Assembly (NCBI GenBank): GCA_046263085.1
Contig: JBHELK010000080.1
Span: forward strand, 6,852-70,851
DNA from: Actinomycetota bacterium
GTDB lineage: Bacteria; Actinomycetota; UBA4738; JACQTL01
Length of the DNA stretch: 64,000 bases
Reading direction: 5' to 3'
This document shows, one piece after another, positions 12,511 to 21,239 of the stretch. The stretch's first letter is position 1; every line of letters starts with the position of its first letter. Below the pieces are notes generated by a model. That model was given only the letters and a program-made list of their open reading frames with translations. It made no database searches and had not been told where the DNA came from. The position numbers and the translations under genes are program-made.

Positions 12511-12741
12511 CTATCCTCTGGAGGTACCCGAGGCGGGCTTCTCCGCCTCGTCGATGAGCATGACGGGGATCCCGTCGCGTACCGGGTATCGATACCCGCA
12601 CTCCCCGAGACACACGATGATCTCCTCCTGCTCCCGGTACTCCACGTCTCCACGGCAGTTCGGACAGGCCAGGATCTCCAGCAGCTCCTTGTCGAGACTC
12701 ACGCAGACTCCTTTCTCCGATCGGGGGGTCCGCTCGCTCAC
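12511..12741 (-). CDS. Trm112-like small zinc-ribbon protein (DUF343).
   Basis: LLEILACPNCRGDV...CLGECGYRYPVRDGIPVM matches Trm112/DUF343. The likely true start is the GTG at 12702. Confidence 0.65.
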   Translation of the reverse strand: MSERTPRSEKGVCVSLDKELLEILACPNCRGDVEYREQEEIIVCLGECGYRYPVRDGIPVMLIDEAEKPASGTSRG

Positions 12742-14132
12742 CGTCCTTCGCTCGGATTCCCTCGGGGCGAGCTACCCCCCCGAACCCCCCTGGTCACGTT
12801 GAGGACCTCGGCGGTCTTCTCATCGAGCAGCTCCTCGGTTCGCGCCTCGACGTTCAGCCGCAGGAGCGGCTCGGTGTTGGAGGCGCGCACGTTGAACCAC
12901 CAATCCTCGTACTGGACGGTGAGGCCGTCGAGCCGATCATGCTTCCCGTCGGCGAAGCGCTGCGCGATCTCCTCGATCTTGCCCGCCTGATCCTCGACGG
13001 TCGAGTTGATCTCGCCGGAGGCCGCGTACCGGCGGAAGGGCTGCAGCAGCTCGGACAGCGGCTTCGCGGCCCTGGACATCTCCTCGAGCACGTGGAGCCC
13101 GGCGATCAACCCGGAGTCCGCCCGGTAGTGCTCACGGAAGTAGTAGTGCCCGGAATGCTCGCCACCGAACACGGCGCCCGTCTCCGCCATGACCTGCTTG
13201 ATGAAGGAATGGCCGACGCGCGTTCGCACCGCCTTCCCGCCGTTCTCCTCGATGACCTCCGGGACCACCCACGAACAGATGAGGTTGTGCACGATGCTCG
13301 CGCCCGGATGCTTCTCGAGCATGGACTTCGCCACGAGCGCCGTGATCAGCGACCCGCTCACGCCCTCGGCGTGCTCGTCGACGAAGAACACCCGGTCGGC
13401 GTCGCCGTCGAACGCCATGCCGAGATCGGCGCCGTGCTCGAGGACCGCCCGCTTGAGGTCCTCCTGGTTCTCGGGGTCGATGGGATCGGCGGGATGGTTG
13501 GGGAACGTGCCGTCGAGCTCCGGGTAGAGCGCGATGAGCTTCACCGGAAGCCGCTCGAACACTGCCGGGACGACCAGGCCCCCCATCCCGTTCGCCGTGT
13601 CGGTGACGACGGTGAGCGGTGCGGTGGCGTCGGGCTCGATGAACGACAGCGCATGCTCGACATAGCGCTCGAGCACGTCCTCCTCCCGCACCTCGCCCCG
13701 GCGGCCGGCGTCCGGGTAGTCGTCGCGCTCCGCCAGCTCGCGGACCTCCTGCAGCCCGGTCTCCTCGCCGACCGGGGCCGCGCCGGACAGACAGAGCTTC
13801 AGCCCGTTGTACTGCGGCGGGTTGTGGCTGGCTGTGATGACGGCGCCCGGCGTCTCCAGCTTGCCGGCCGCGAAGTACAGCATGTCGGTGGCGACGAGGC
13901 CCAGCCGGACGACGTCGACGCCGCGGGATGTGGCTCCCTCGGTGAATGCGTCGGCGAGCGCGGGGGACGACAGGCGACAGTCCCAGCCGAGCAGCACCCG
14001 GGGGCTCTTCGCCCAGTGCGCGAAGGCGGAACCGATCCGGCGCGCGACATCCTCGTCGAGGTCATCTGGATAGACCCCGCGGATGTCGTACGCCTTGAAG
14101 ATGCGCGAGAGGTCCTGGATGCGGTCGGCCAC
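12738..14132 (-). CDS. manB: Phosphomannomutase/phosphoglucomutase.
   Basis: IFKAYDIRG at the N-terminus, active-site TASHNP and GGEHSGH motifs. The GTG start at 14132 is inferred; the track ORF extends to 14264. Confidence 0.9.
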   Translation of the reverse strand: MADRIQDLSRIFKAYDIRGVYPDDLDEDVARRIGSAFAHWAKSPRVLLGWDCRLSSPALADAFTEGATSRGVDVVRLGLVATDMLYFAAGKLETPGAVITASHNPPQYNGLKLCLSGAAPVGEETGLQEVRELAERDDYPDAGRRGEVREEDVLERYVEHALSFIEPDATAPLTVVTDTANGMGGLVVPAVFERLPVKLIALYPELDGTFPNHPADPIDPENQEDLKRAVLEHGADLGMAFDGDADRVFFVDEHAEGVSGSLITALVAKSMLEKHPGASIVHNLICSWVVPEVIEENGGKAVRTRVGHSFIKQVMAETGAVFGGEHSGHYYFREHYRADSGLIAGLHVLEEMSRAAKPLSELLQPFRRYAASGEINSTVEDQAGKIEEIAQRFADGKHDRLDGLTVQYEDWWFNVRASNTEPLLRLNVEARTEELLDEKTAEVLNVTRGVRGGSSPRGNPSEGR

Positions 14133-14200
14133 GCTGCCATCGCATCCTACATGGGCGCGATGACCCGACGGACGGCACGAGGACCGGGAACTGCGGGGGA

Positions 14201-14374
14201 CTACTTGCTGACGACGCCGATGACCGAGGCCAGGGGAACGAGCTCTCCGTCCTGGTACCACCACTTCGCCTCACACATGTGGCACGTGGTGAAGGAGAGG
14301 TCCTTCTCCCCGGCGGCCATCGAGATGGTGATCAGCTCTCCCGCCCGGCACGATGGACAACTCAGGTTGTTCAT
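14201..14374 (-). CDS. Small CxxC...CxxC zinc-ribbon protein (57 aa), below the ORF-track size cutoff.
   Basis: Manual translation gives MNNLSCPSCRAGELITISMAAGEKDLSFTTCHMCEAKWWYQDGELVPLASVIGVVSK. Third-position GC bias is strong. It lies directly upstream of manB. Confidence 0.5.
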   Translation of the reverse strand: MNNLSCPSCRAGELITISMAAGEKDLSFTTCHMCEAKWWYQDGELVPLASVIGVVSK

Positions 14375-14527
14375 GTGTCCCTATGGTCGGCATCTGCGCC
14401 CCTCGAGCCCATAGCCCGCCGTGCTCATCTTTGCGCTGACACCGCAGGGCTATGCCGCTCGGCCCGCCGTCCCACGGCTGTCCCCTGGCCGGGGAATGGC
14501 CGGGGGACGGGTCCGGGGGATGCGCGT

Positions 14528-14824
14528 CTAGGCCCTTGGTCCAGGGTCGGCGGGGAGCTCCTTGCCGATGTACCGGGACCGGAGCCGGCCCTCCTCGCGC
14601 CAGTAGGCGTACCAGTAGGGGCCGTGGGGACACCGGGTGCAGTTCTCCCGCCCGCACTTCACCCGTTCCTGCCGATAGGTCACCTTGCCGGCCGCTCCGG
14701 GCTCCCTCCCCGGCGAGACCCCCTCCCGCGCCGCGATCAGGCCCCGGACGAAGATGAGGAGCCGGCGGAGATCGAACTCGTCGAGCTCGCGAATCTGTCG
14801 CATCAGGTCCCGGTCGACGGGCAT
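14528..14824 (-). CDS. Small conserved hypothetical protein with a C-terminal Cys/His cluster (CGRENCTRCPHGPYWYAYW).
   Basis: 98-aa ORF with good GC3 bias. A TACCTAAGAA motif lies 14 nt upstream of its ATG. Confidence 0.55.
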   Translation of the reverse strand: MPVDRDLMRQIRELDEFDLRRLLIFVRGLIAAREGVSPGREPGAAGKVTYRQERVKCGRENCTRCPHGPYWYAYWREEGRLRSRYIGKELPADPGPRA

Positions 14825-14838
14825 CTTAGGGAGCAGAT

Positions 14839-14859
14839 TACCTAAGAACCGAAATCAAG
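14839..14859. promoter_or_regulatory. TACCTAAGAA...AATCAAG motif, copy 1; copy 2 is at 15179..15193.
   Basis: An identical 10-mer recurs 340 bp apart. Both copies are in AT-richer non-coding DNA immediately upstream of minus-strand small genes. Confidence 0.4.
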
Positions 14860-14897
14860 CAAACCGGCGCGAAAGGATGTGGAGCGGCGGGGTCCGC

Positions 14898-15107
14898 TCA
14901 GGCGCTCGAGGCCGCCCCGGATCGGTTGTCGGTGACCCGCCACCCCACCGGGGGAGACAGACGATCGGTGTGGGGCCCGCACAGCTCGAGAAGGTTCGGA
15001 TCGCGCTCGGCCACGAGGTCCACGATCATGACCTCGCGGTCGCGGTACAGCAGGCCGACGGTGGCCTCCGCCGGGTCCGCGCATCCCGTCCGCAAGCATC
15101 CTCGCAC
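14898..15107 (-). CDS. DUF3499-family protein (homolog of mycobacterial Rv3258c).
   Basis: C..C...LCGPH...PVGW pattern matches DUF3499. Its position between manB and whiB is conserved. Confidence 0.7.
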   Translation of the reverse strand: MRGCLRTGCADPAEATVGLLYRDREVMIVDLVAERDPNLLELCGPHTDRLSPPVGWRVTDNRSGAASSA

Positions 15108-15122
15108 GGACCGGGATCCTAA

Positions 15123-15138
15123 ATCACAGCCGTGTGAT
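15123..15138. promoter_or_regulatory. 16-bp palindrome ATCACA-gccg-TGTGAT, 16 nt upstream of the DUF3499 start.
   Basis: Perfect 6-bp inverted arms. The same core occurs upstream of whiB. Confidence 0.5.
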
Positions 15139-15410
15139 CCTCAAGGAGGGGCGATTGGTCTTACCCAACGAGTTGCGCTACCTAAGAATCAAGAGGCAGG
15201 GCTCGGGCCCGGGGGCGATCGCCCGGCCCGAAAAACAGCACGTCGGGGGCCTGAAAAGACCTCCCGACGCGAAAAGAAGTACTCCCAAGTGGCTTCCGGG
15301 TCGCCCCATTCACCTCTCGGGAGTACAAGGGACATCGTACACCCGCCCGGCGTCGAGCGCAAGCCAAAACCCTGGAAATCGGAGAAAAGTTGGTTCGAGT
15401 CGCTCCGGGC

Positions 15411-16517
15411 CTACGCGCCGGTGGTGCCGGAGAAGGTGATGTTCCCCCACGGCGGCGAGCCGTAGATGATCACCTTCGCCCCGATCGGCACCAGCGGGTA
15501 GAGCGCCTCGGAGTCATAGATGTGCATGCGGATGCAGCCGTGCGAGGCGTAGGTCCCGATCGAGGAGTCGCTCGGGGTCCCGTGGATGCGGATCCCGGGG
15601 GCGTCCAGGTACAGGGCCCGCGTCCCCAGGGGGTTGCCGGGCCCGGGCCCGATGGTGGCCGGCTCACCGGCCGCCCAGCACCCGCCGCCGGGGCACGGGT
15701 TCACCCAGGTGGGGTCCTCCACCTTGTTGATCACGTTCCACTCCCCGATCGGCGTGGTGAAGCCGTAGCGGGCCGTGGCCACGGGGTAGGTGCGCTCCAG
15801 GTCGAAGCCGTCGAACAGGCGCAGGGTGTTCGAGCTGAGATCCACCGTGAGCGTCTCGCCCATGGAGTCGTCGCTCACCTTGGGCTCGACGTGCAGCAGC
15901 GGCAGGTACACGGTGGGCTTGCGGGACCGCATGGCCGAGATGATCAGCCGCTCGGCGACGAGCGGCTTCAGGGTCTCGCCGGTCCTCGAGTGCTGCATGA
16001 CCAACCGGTCCTCGACAAGCTTGATGGCAGCGTTCTGCGGCTCCACCGCCACCGCCGAGGCCACCTGGCCGTCGATGAAGGCCTTGACCACGCCCGTGTT
16101 GTAGGTGAACGGAAGCGGGATGAGCTTGTCGAGCGAGTGGTGGGTGAGGCGGTGATACACCCTGGACACCCACGAGAGGGATCCGGACGCGTCGAACGCC
16201 TCATCGACGGCGCGAGCCGGGTTGACGCGCATGCCGAGCTGCCCGAGGGTCCGGGTCCACTGCTCGCCGCCCGCCCGGATGGTCAGCTTGCGGTGCATGG
16301 CGAAGGCCGCGCGGGCGTCGAGGGCCCTCAGCGCCTGCTGCCTGGTCATGCCGGAGACGTCGATCCCGGCGATCCGCACGCCGGGCAGGATGTGGTCGGT
16401 GGTGGCCTGGTCGTAGCCGTACGCGACCGCGGCCGTGCCGCCGAGCACCAGGCTCAGGGCGAGCCCCGTGATCAGCAGCCACTTCGGTGGCCTTGGAAGC
16501 CGGACGAACCGGCGCAT
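15411..16517 (-). CDS. L,D-transpeptidase (YkuD domain) with an N-terminal membrane anchor.
   Basis: C-terminal YkuD catalytic motif GTYASHGCIRM. The ATG at 16517 (MRRFVRLPRPPKWLLITGLALSLV) begins a TM segment. The longer track ORF is an arginine-rich extension. Confidence 0.85.
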   Translation of the reverse strand: MRRFVRLPRPPKWLLITGLALSLVLGGTAAVAYGYDQATTDHILPGVRIAGIDVSGMTRQQALRALDARAAFAMHRKLTIRAGGEQWTRTLGQLGMRVNPARAVDEAFDASGSLSWVSRVYHRLTHHSLDKLIPLPFTYNTGVVKAFIDGQVASAVAVEPQNAAIKLVEDRLVMQHSRTGETLKPLVAERLIISAMRSRKPTVYLPLLHVEPKVSDDSMGETLTVDLSSNTLRLFDGFDLERTYPVATARYGFTTPIGEWNVINKVEDPTWVNPCPGGGCWAAGEPATIGPGPGNPLGTRALYLDAPGIRIHGTPSDSSIGTYASHGCIRMHIYDSEALYPLVPIGAKVIIYGSPPWGNITFSGTTGA

Positions 16518-16621
16518 GGCGTGCCTCGGCTTGCTCAGTTCTGCACCTTCCCCACGAACCCGCCTGCTACGGAGGTCATCATGATATCCGGCCTCGCGCG
16601 GATCGGAACCATTCCAAGCAC

Positions 16622-17998
16622 CTACGTCTTGTGGAGCGCCGGGATCCACCGGCCGGGGATCGGCACGCCGACGGCCGTGGCGTAGCCGGCACCGTCCCCC
16701 GTAGAGGACGCCGCGAGGGGAACGAAGGTTCCGCTCGTCGCGACCGCGACGACCGAGCCGAGGCGGGCCCCCGCCGTGAAGTCCTCGGCCACGAGCCGGC
16801 TCTCCCCCGCCCCCACGTTGACCAGTCTCGGGCTGAGCTTCTCGGACAGCCCCGCCGCCGAGACGAGCCAGAGCGTGACCGAGGCCGTCTCCGACCCGGG
16901 GTTGGCGAGCATCAATCGCCACCCGTCCTTCGGAGACACGGCCGCGGAGGCCACGACCCACGCAGCGGACGGGGCCGCGCCCGCGGTCGACCCCTGGTCG
17001 GCACCGGGGCCGAAGGTCCGCCTCGCCACTGCCAGCCCGGCGTCCGTCGTGGCATCGACTTCGATGGAGGAGACCGGTTGGGTCGGGATGTCGTAGGTCC
17101 GGGCCTGATCGGCCTGCAGGGACTCGGCCCGGAACTGGCCGAGCGTTTGCCTGCCATCCTCCCGCAGGAGCGAGCCGTCGTACGTCGCGCGTCCGGGACC
17201 GGCGTCGGCGACGACGAGATCGCTCCGGCTCGTCTCCGGCCCACCGGGAAGAACGACGGCGTGCTGCGGGGCCGGGATGCCGATGACGGAGCGGATCCCT
17301 CCATCGCTGCTCGCTCCGAGGCTCGCCGCGGCGACCCGTCCGATGGACGTCTCGATCTCGGCGGCCACCGTGCGCTTCCCCAGCCGGAACTGATTCAGAT
17401 GGAACGAGGTGCTTCTCCCGGGACGCAGCAGGACGTCGGTCCACTGCTTCGTCACGACGGCCTCCCGCTCCGTGACGAGCCGGATCGTGAAGATGGCCGG
17501 CGCGGCGGCGGGATTCATCACCACCACCCACGCATCCTCACCGCGCACGGTGGTTCCGTCGGGCAGGAGCCAGACCTTCCCCAGGGATCTCGTGCAGGGC
17601 TCGGCGGCGAGTCCCGACTCGTTCCCGTGCGCCTGGGCGAGCCACGAGGCCCCCACCCATCCGTCGAAGTACTCGAGCTCGGTCGCTGCGCCGCGGGTCT
17701 CGGCCTTCACCGGGACGCGGACCTCGGTGAGCGGCGGCACCGTGATGCGGCTGGGTGCGAGCGGCGCGCCTCTTCCGAACGTGGTCACCCTGACCTCGAC
17801 CGGCCGGTCGCCCGGGTTGGTCACCGCGATCTCGACGTGCCATCCCTTGCCCCCGCCGTGGGGGCAGTACCACGCGCCCGACGATGAGGTCGCGGGAGGA
17901 GCTCCGTGCGCGGCCCGTGGCGTCACGGAGTCCAGGAAGAACCCTCCGACGACCACCAGGGCGACGGCGAGGAGAGCGAGCAGGCCGCGAAGACTCAT
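16622..17998 (-). CDS. Secreted DUF5719-like protein (458 aa), partner of the upstream GT2-membrane protein.
   Basis: MSLRGLLALLAVALVVVGGF signal/anchor. Its ATG overlaps the GT2 stop (ATGA). The upstream 518 aa of the track ORF overlap the GT2 gene and are rejected. Confidence 0.6.
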   Translation of the reverse strand: MSLRGLLALLAVALVVVGGFFLDSVTPRAAHGAPPATSSSGAWYCPHGGGKGWHVEIAVTNPGDRPVEVRVTTFGRGAPLAPSRITVPPLTEVRVPVKAETRGAATELEYFDGWVGASWLAQAHGNESGLAAEPCTRSLGKVWLLPDGTTVRGEDAWVVVMNPAAAPAIFTIRLVTEREAVVTKQWTDVLLRPGRSTSFHLNQFRLGKRTVAAEIETSIGRVAAASLGASSDGGIRSVIGIPAPQHAVVLPGGPETSRSDLVVADAGPGRATYDGSLLREDGRQTLGQFRAESLQADQARTYDIPTQPVSSIEVDATTDAGLAVARRTFGPGADQGSTAGAAPSAAWVVASAAVSPKDGWRLMLANPGSETASVTLWLVSAAGLSEKLSPRLVNVGAGESRLVAEDFTAGARLGSVVAVATSGTFVPLAASSTGDGAGYATAVGVPIPGRWIPALHKT

Positions 17999-20900
17999 GC
18001 GCGCGCCGGCCTCCTCGTGACCCACAGCGCCCCGAACCACAGCAGCGCCATCAGCGCGATCTCGAGCCTGCGGACCGTCTGGGGAGGCGGGACGAGCTGG
18101 ACCGAACCGGTCTTCTCCGCCGGGAAGCGCATCGACCATCCGAAGACACGATCGGGCGACGAGGTCGAGCCCTCGGCCCGCAGGCGCCATCCACCGGCGA
18201 ACTGATCCGCCAGGAAAACGGCGCCTGCATCCGGGACGCGGCCGGCGAAGGACCCCCCGCGCCGGGCCAGGAGCGGTGTCGTCTCCGTGGCGGGGAGCCG
18301 TCCGGCGTCGGTGAGGTTCTTGATGGCCGGCTCCACGTACTGCTCCTTCGAGGTGAAGGCGGCCTCTCGCAGCGAGCGGAAGTCCTTGAAGATGGTGAGG
18401 CCGATCGTCGGCACGATGTCGAGATCGACCTGCTGCCCCAGGCTCCGGCGGACGCCGCGCGGGAGATCCCCGGCCGACGCGACGATGAAGCGCACGCCGA
18501 GCGGGGCGAGCAGCGCCCCGCCGTGATCGGTGGTTCCCGAGACGATGTCCGCGAGGGCAGCCTCCAGATATCGGTACCCGGGGCCGCGCTCGTCGCGGCC
18601 GACGTCGACGTCGAGCGTGCCGAAGCGGTCCGTGAGCGCGTACCGCACCGATTCGCGCCCGAGGTCGAGCGTGGCGGTGGGATCGCCCCCGGGTGGCGCG
18701 AACGGCTCCCCGGTGAGGCGGCCGAGCCACAACACCCTGAACTGCCCGCCGTGACCCGGCGCATCGACGAGCGTCCACGCCGGGGGCACGCGATCGGTGC
18801 CGATGGCCCATCCCCCTTTCGCGGCGAGGGCCGCCTGCAGCCCGATGCCGCCGAGGAGGAGGCCGACCACGCCGACCACGGCGAACTGGCGGTATCCGAA
18901 GGCCGACGTGCCCATCCGGGGCAGCGCCGAGGCCAGCCCGTAGGCGACGAGCGCACAGTAGGCAAGCGCCGCCGCCCCGAGGTACGCCGCCGTGTTGGAG
19001 ATGGCCTCTGGCAGGAGGCCGGCGGCCGACGCCCAGGCCAGGGACACGGCGACCAGCGCGATGATCAGGTACCGCGTGGCGGATCGGAACGCCCGGTCGA
19101 CGAGCGTGAAGGCGAGGAGAGCGGCGATCGGGAGGAACCAGCTCACGGCCCACGATCCGGGACCCCCACCGGGGGCCAGGCGCACGAGCGAGAGGAACGA
19201 GGGGCGCCCGACGAACGAGGACAGCCCGTGCCCGCCGCCTGCGACGAGGTCGATGGCCTGCGGCAGCAGGAGCAGTGCGGCTCCCGCCACGGATCCCCCG
19301 AGGAGCGCGAGGGCACGCGTCTTCCGCTCGCCGGGGGTGGGGAACGCGAGCCAGGTCAGCGCGACGAGCGCGATCGCGAGGATGGACCCCGGATAGAAGG
19401 CCACGGCGGCGGCGAGGACCATCGACGTCGCGGCCACGAAGCGCCGCGAGCGCAGCCCCGGGACGCCGAACGCCATGTTGATGCGCCCCGCGAGCAACGG
19501 GAGCGCGGCGAGCATCACCAGCACGGGGATCCGGCCCTCCGACAATCCCCACAGGAGGACCGCCGACAGCCCATAGCAGGCCGCGCCGACCACCGCGGGC
19601 ACGCGGTCACCGGTCTCGCGGAGGAAGGTGCGGTAGAACCCGTAGGCCGCCCCGAGCGGCAGGCCCACCAGCAACACCTTCTGTGCCACGGCGGTGCTCG
19701 CGCCGAGCACCATCGACATGACGCCGAGGAACCCGAGCGCCGGGCTCGCCGGCTGCGTGCCGCCGAGGCCGGTGTTCCGCGTGCTCGACAGGAGCTCCCG
19801 GAAGTAGTCGGTGGGGTGCGGCGGCGGGAGGGCGAGCGCACCGCCCTGGAGCGCTCCCCCACCGTAGAGCCCTCGGTAGGCGAACGCGGCGAGGACCGCC
19901 GTCAGGACGCACGCGGTTGCGACGGGGTGCGCGCGCGCCAGGCTCAGCGCGCGCCGCGTGATGGCCGGCGGCTCCTCGAGATCCTCGAGACCCTCGAGCT
20001 CCTCCGGCGCGAGCCCGCCTCCCCGCCCGACCAGCGTCCGGGACGCGATCTCCGCCCATCGGCGCAGCCGCAGGGTGGCGGGCGCCATGTACCGCCGGAC
20101 GGATCGGTCCGGTATCGCCCGCACGGATTGCGCCCGCACACGGCGCCGGATCGTGCCGGGGAGGTGCAGGAGGTTCCACCCCCACGCGGCGAGGACCTGC
20201 CACACCTCCTCGAACCGACGCTCCAGCGCCCAGAGCGCGAGCTTGCCGGCGCCCTGAGCCAGGTACAGCGGGATCACCCACAGCAGCGAGACCAGCCCGT
20301 AGTTCTTCAGCATCACGCCGAGGCTGGCCCGCTCGGCTTCGAAACGGGCTCGGTCGGCCCGGCGAGCGAGCGGACGCTCACCCCGACGGGTCGCACCGCG
20401 ATGCCGGGCCCGCGCCAGCGGCGTCATCACCACGCGGAACCCGGCCAGGCGCGCGCGCCAGCAGAAATCCAGGTCCTCGTGGAACGAGCTGAACCGTTCG
20501 TCGGGCAGGCCCGTGCGATCCAGGGCCGCCCTGGACACGAGCATGGCGGAGGAGGACACGAACATGACCTCGCGGACCCGGTCGTACTGGCCCTGGTCCA
20601 GCTCGTCCTGCTCGAGCGGGGAGTACGGGTAGCCGAACCGGTCGGTGGAGAGACCGACCTCTCGCAGGATCGTGGGGTCGTCCCAGTCGACCACCTTGGG
20701 ACCGACCACGCCGACGGCATCGATGCGCTCGGCCACCTCGACCATGTGGGTGATGGCCTCGGGATCGAGGGCCACGTCGTCGTGGTGGATCAGCACGTAG
20801 TCGGCGCCCTGGGCGGCATCGGTGGCGAGCGCCGACTGCACCGCCGCCGGAAGCCCGGGGTTGTCCGGGCGTCCCAGGACCCTGGCCTCCCCCAGCGCGC

Positions 20901-21108
20901 GCCGCAGGATCTCCCTCGACCCGTCGGTGGAGCCGTTGTCGACGGCAACCACCCCCAACCGCGGGTAGGTCTGCTGCGCCAACGCCCGCAGACAGTCGCG
21001 CAACCACCGCTCCCCGTCCTTGACGACGAGGATGACGAGGACTGCGGGCGCGCGCCTTCCGGTCGCGCGCGGAGAAGGGTCACCGGGTGGTGCTTGGGTC
21101 GATACCAA
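17995..21108 (-). CDS. Family-2 glycosyltransferase fused to a large polytopic membrane domain (1037 aa).
   Basis: N-terminal GT-A fold (VVAVDNGSTDGS...DXD-like HHDDVAL). The rest of the protein holds more than 12 predicted TM helices. Confidence 0.8.
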   Translation of the reverse strand: MVSTQAPPGDPSPRATGRRAPAVLVILVVKDGERWLRDCLRALAQQTYPRLGVVAVDNGSTDGSREILRRALGEARVLGRPDNPGLPAAVQSALATDAAQGADYVLIHHDDVALDPEAITHMVEVAERIDAVGVVGPKVVDWDDPTILREVGLSTDRFGYPYSPLEQDELDQGQYDRVREVMFVSSSAMLVSRAALDRTGLPDERFSSFHEDLDFCWRARLAGFRVVMTPLARARHRGATRRGERPLARRADRARFEAERASLGVMLKNYGLVSLLWVIPLYLAQGAGKLALWALERRFEEVWQVLAAWGWNLLHLPGTIRRRVRAQSVRAIPDRSVRRYMAPATLRLRRWAEIASRTLVGRGGGLAPEELEGLEDLEEPPAITRRALSLARAHPVATACVLTAVLAAFAYRGLYGGGALQGGALALPPPHPTDYFRELLSSTRNTGLGGTQPASPALGFLGVMSMVLGASTAVAQKVLLVGLPLGAAYGFYRTFLRETGDRVPAVVGAACYGLSAVLLWGLSEGRIPVLVMLAALPLLAGRINMAFGVPGLRSRRFVAATSMVLAAAVAFYPGSILAIALVALTWLAFPTPGERKTRALALLGGSVAGAALLLLPQAIDLVAGGGHGLSSFVGRPSFLSLVRLAPGGGPGSWAVSWFLPIAALLAFTLVDRAFRSATRYLIIALVAVSLAWASAAGLLPEAISNTAAYLGAAALAYCALVAYGLASALPRMGTSAFGYRQFAVVGVVGLLLGGIGLQAALAAKGGWAIGTDRVPPAWTLVDAPGHGGQFRVLWLGRLTGEPFAPPGGDPTATLDLGRESVRYALTDRFGTLDVDVGRDERGPGYRYLEAALADIVSGTTDHGGALLAPLGVRFIVASAGDLPRGVRRSLGQQVDLDIVPTIGLTIFKDFRSLREAAFTSKEQYVEPAIKNLTDAGRLPATETTPLLARRGGSFAGRVPDAGAVFLADQFAGGWRLRAEGSTSSPDRVFGWSMRFPAEKTGSVQLVPPPQTVRRLEIALMALLWFGALWVTRRPARA

Positions 21109-21239
21109 GAGGGATCAGGGTCCTGTCGGGGTTGGCGAGACTAGCACGGCGTCTCCCCTCGGTTGCCGGCTCGAGCCGGACAGCGGAAGGGGGGCACCGT
21201 GGTGCCCCCCTCCGACCGTGTTGATGCCGACGGTGCCTC

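Noticed and set aside
15123-15138. CRP/FNR binding site suggested by the TGTGA and TCACA half-sites.
   Set aside because: Half-site order and spacing (TCACA-N4-TGTGA) differ from the CRP consensus TGTGA-N6-TCACA. It is reported only as a generic dyad.
17999-19552. N-terminal 518 aa of track ORF 16622..19552.
   Set aside because: It overlaps the GT2-membrane gene in another frame and is arginine-rich. A clean ATG plus signal peptide at the ATGA junction is the real start.
17884-21144. Plus-strand ORF of 1086 aa, with similar ORFs at 27328..30267 (+, 979 aa), 44109..46589 (-), 24709..26169 (-), 31089..32924 (-) and 3648..6362 (+). All are long and Arg/Gly/Pro-rich.
   Set aside because: They are antisense or alternate frames of well-supported genes (GT2, fbiB/permease, acs, cyclase, SpoIID, secA) in roughly 70% GC DNA. 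Their composition is low-complexity R/G/P/A, which is typical of GC-driven spurious ORFs.
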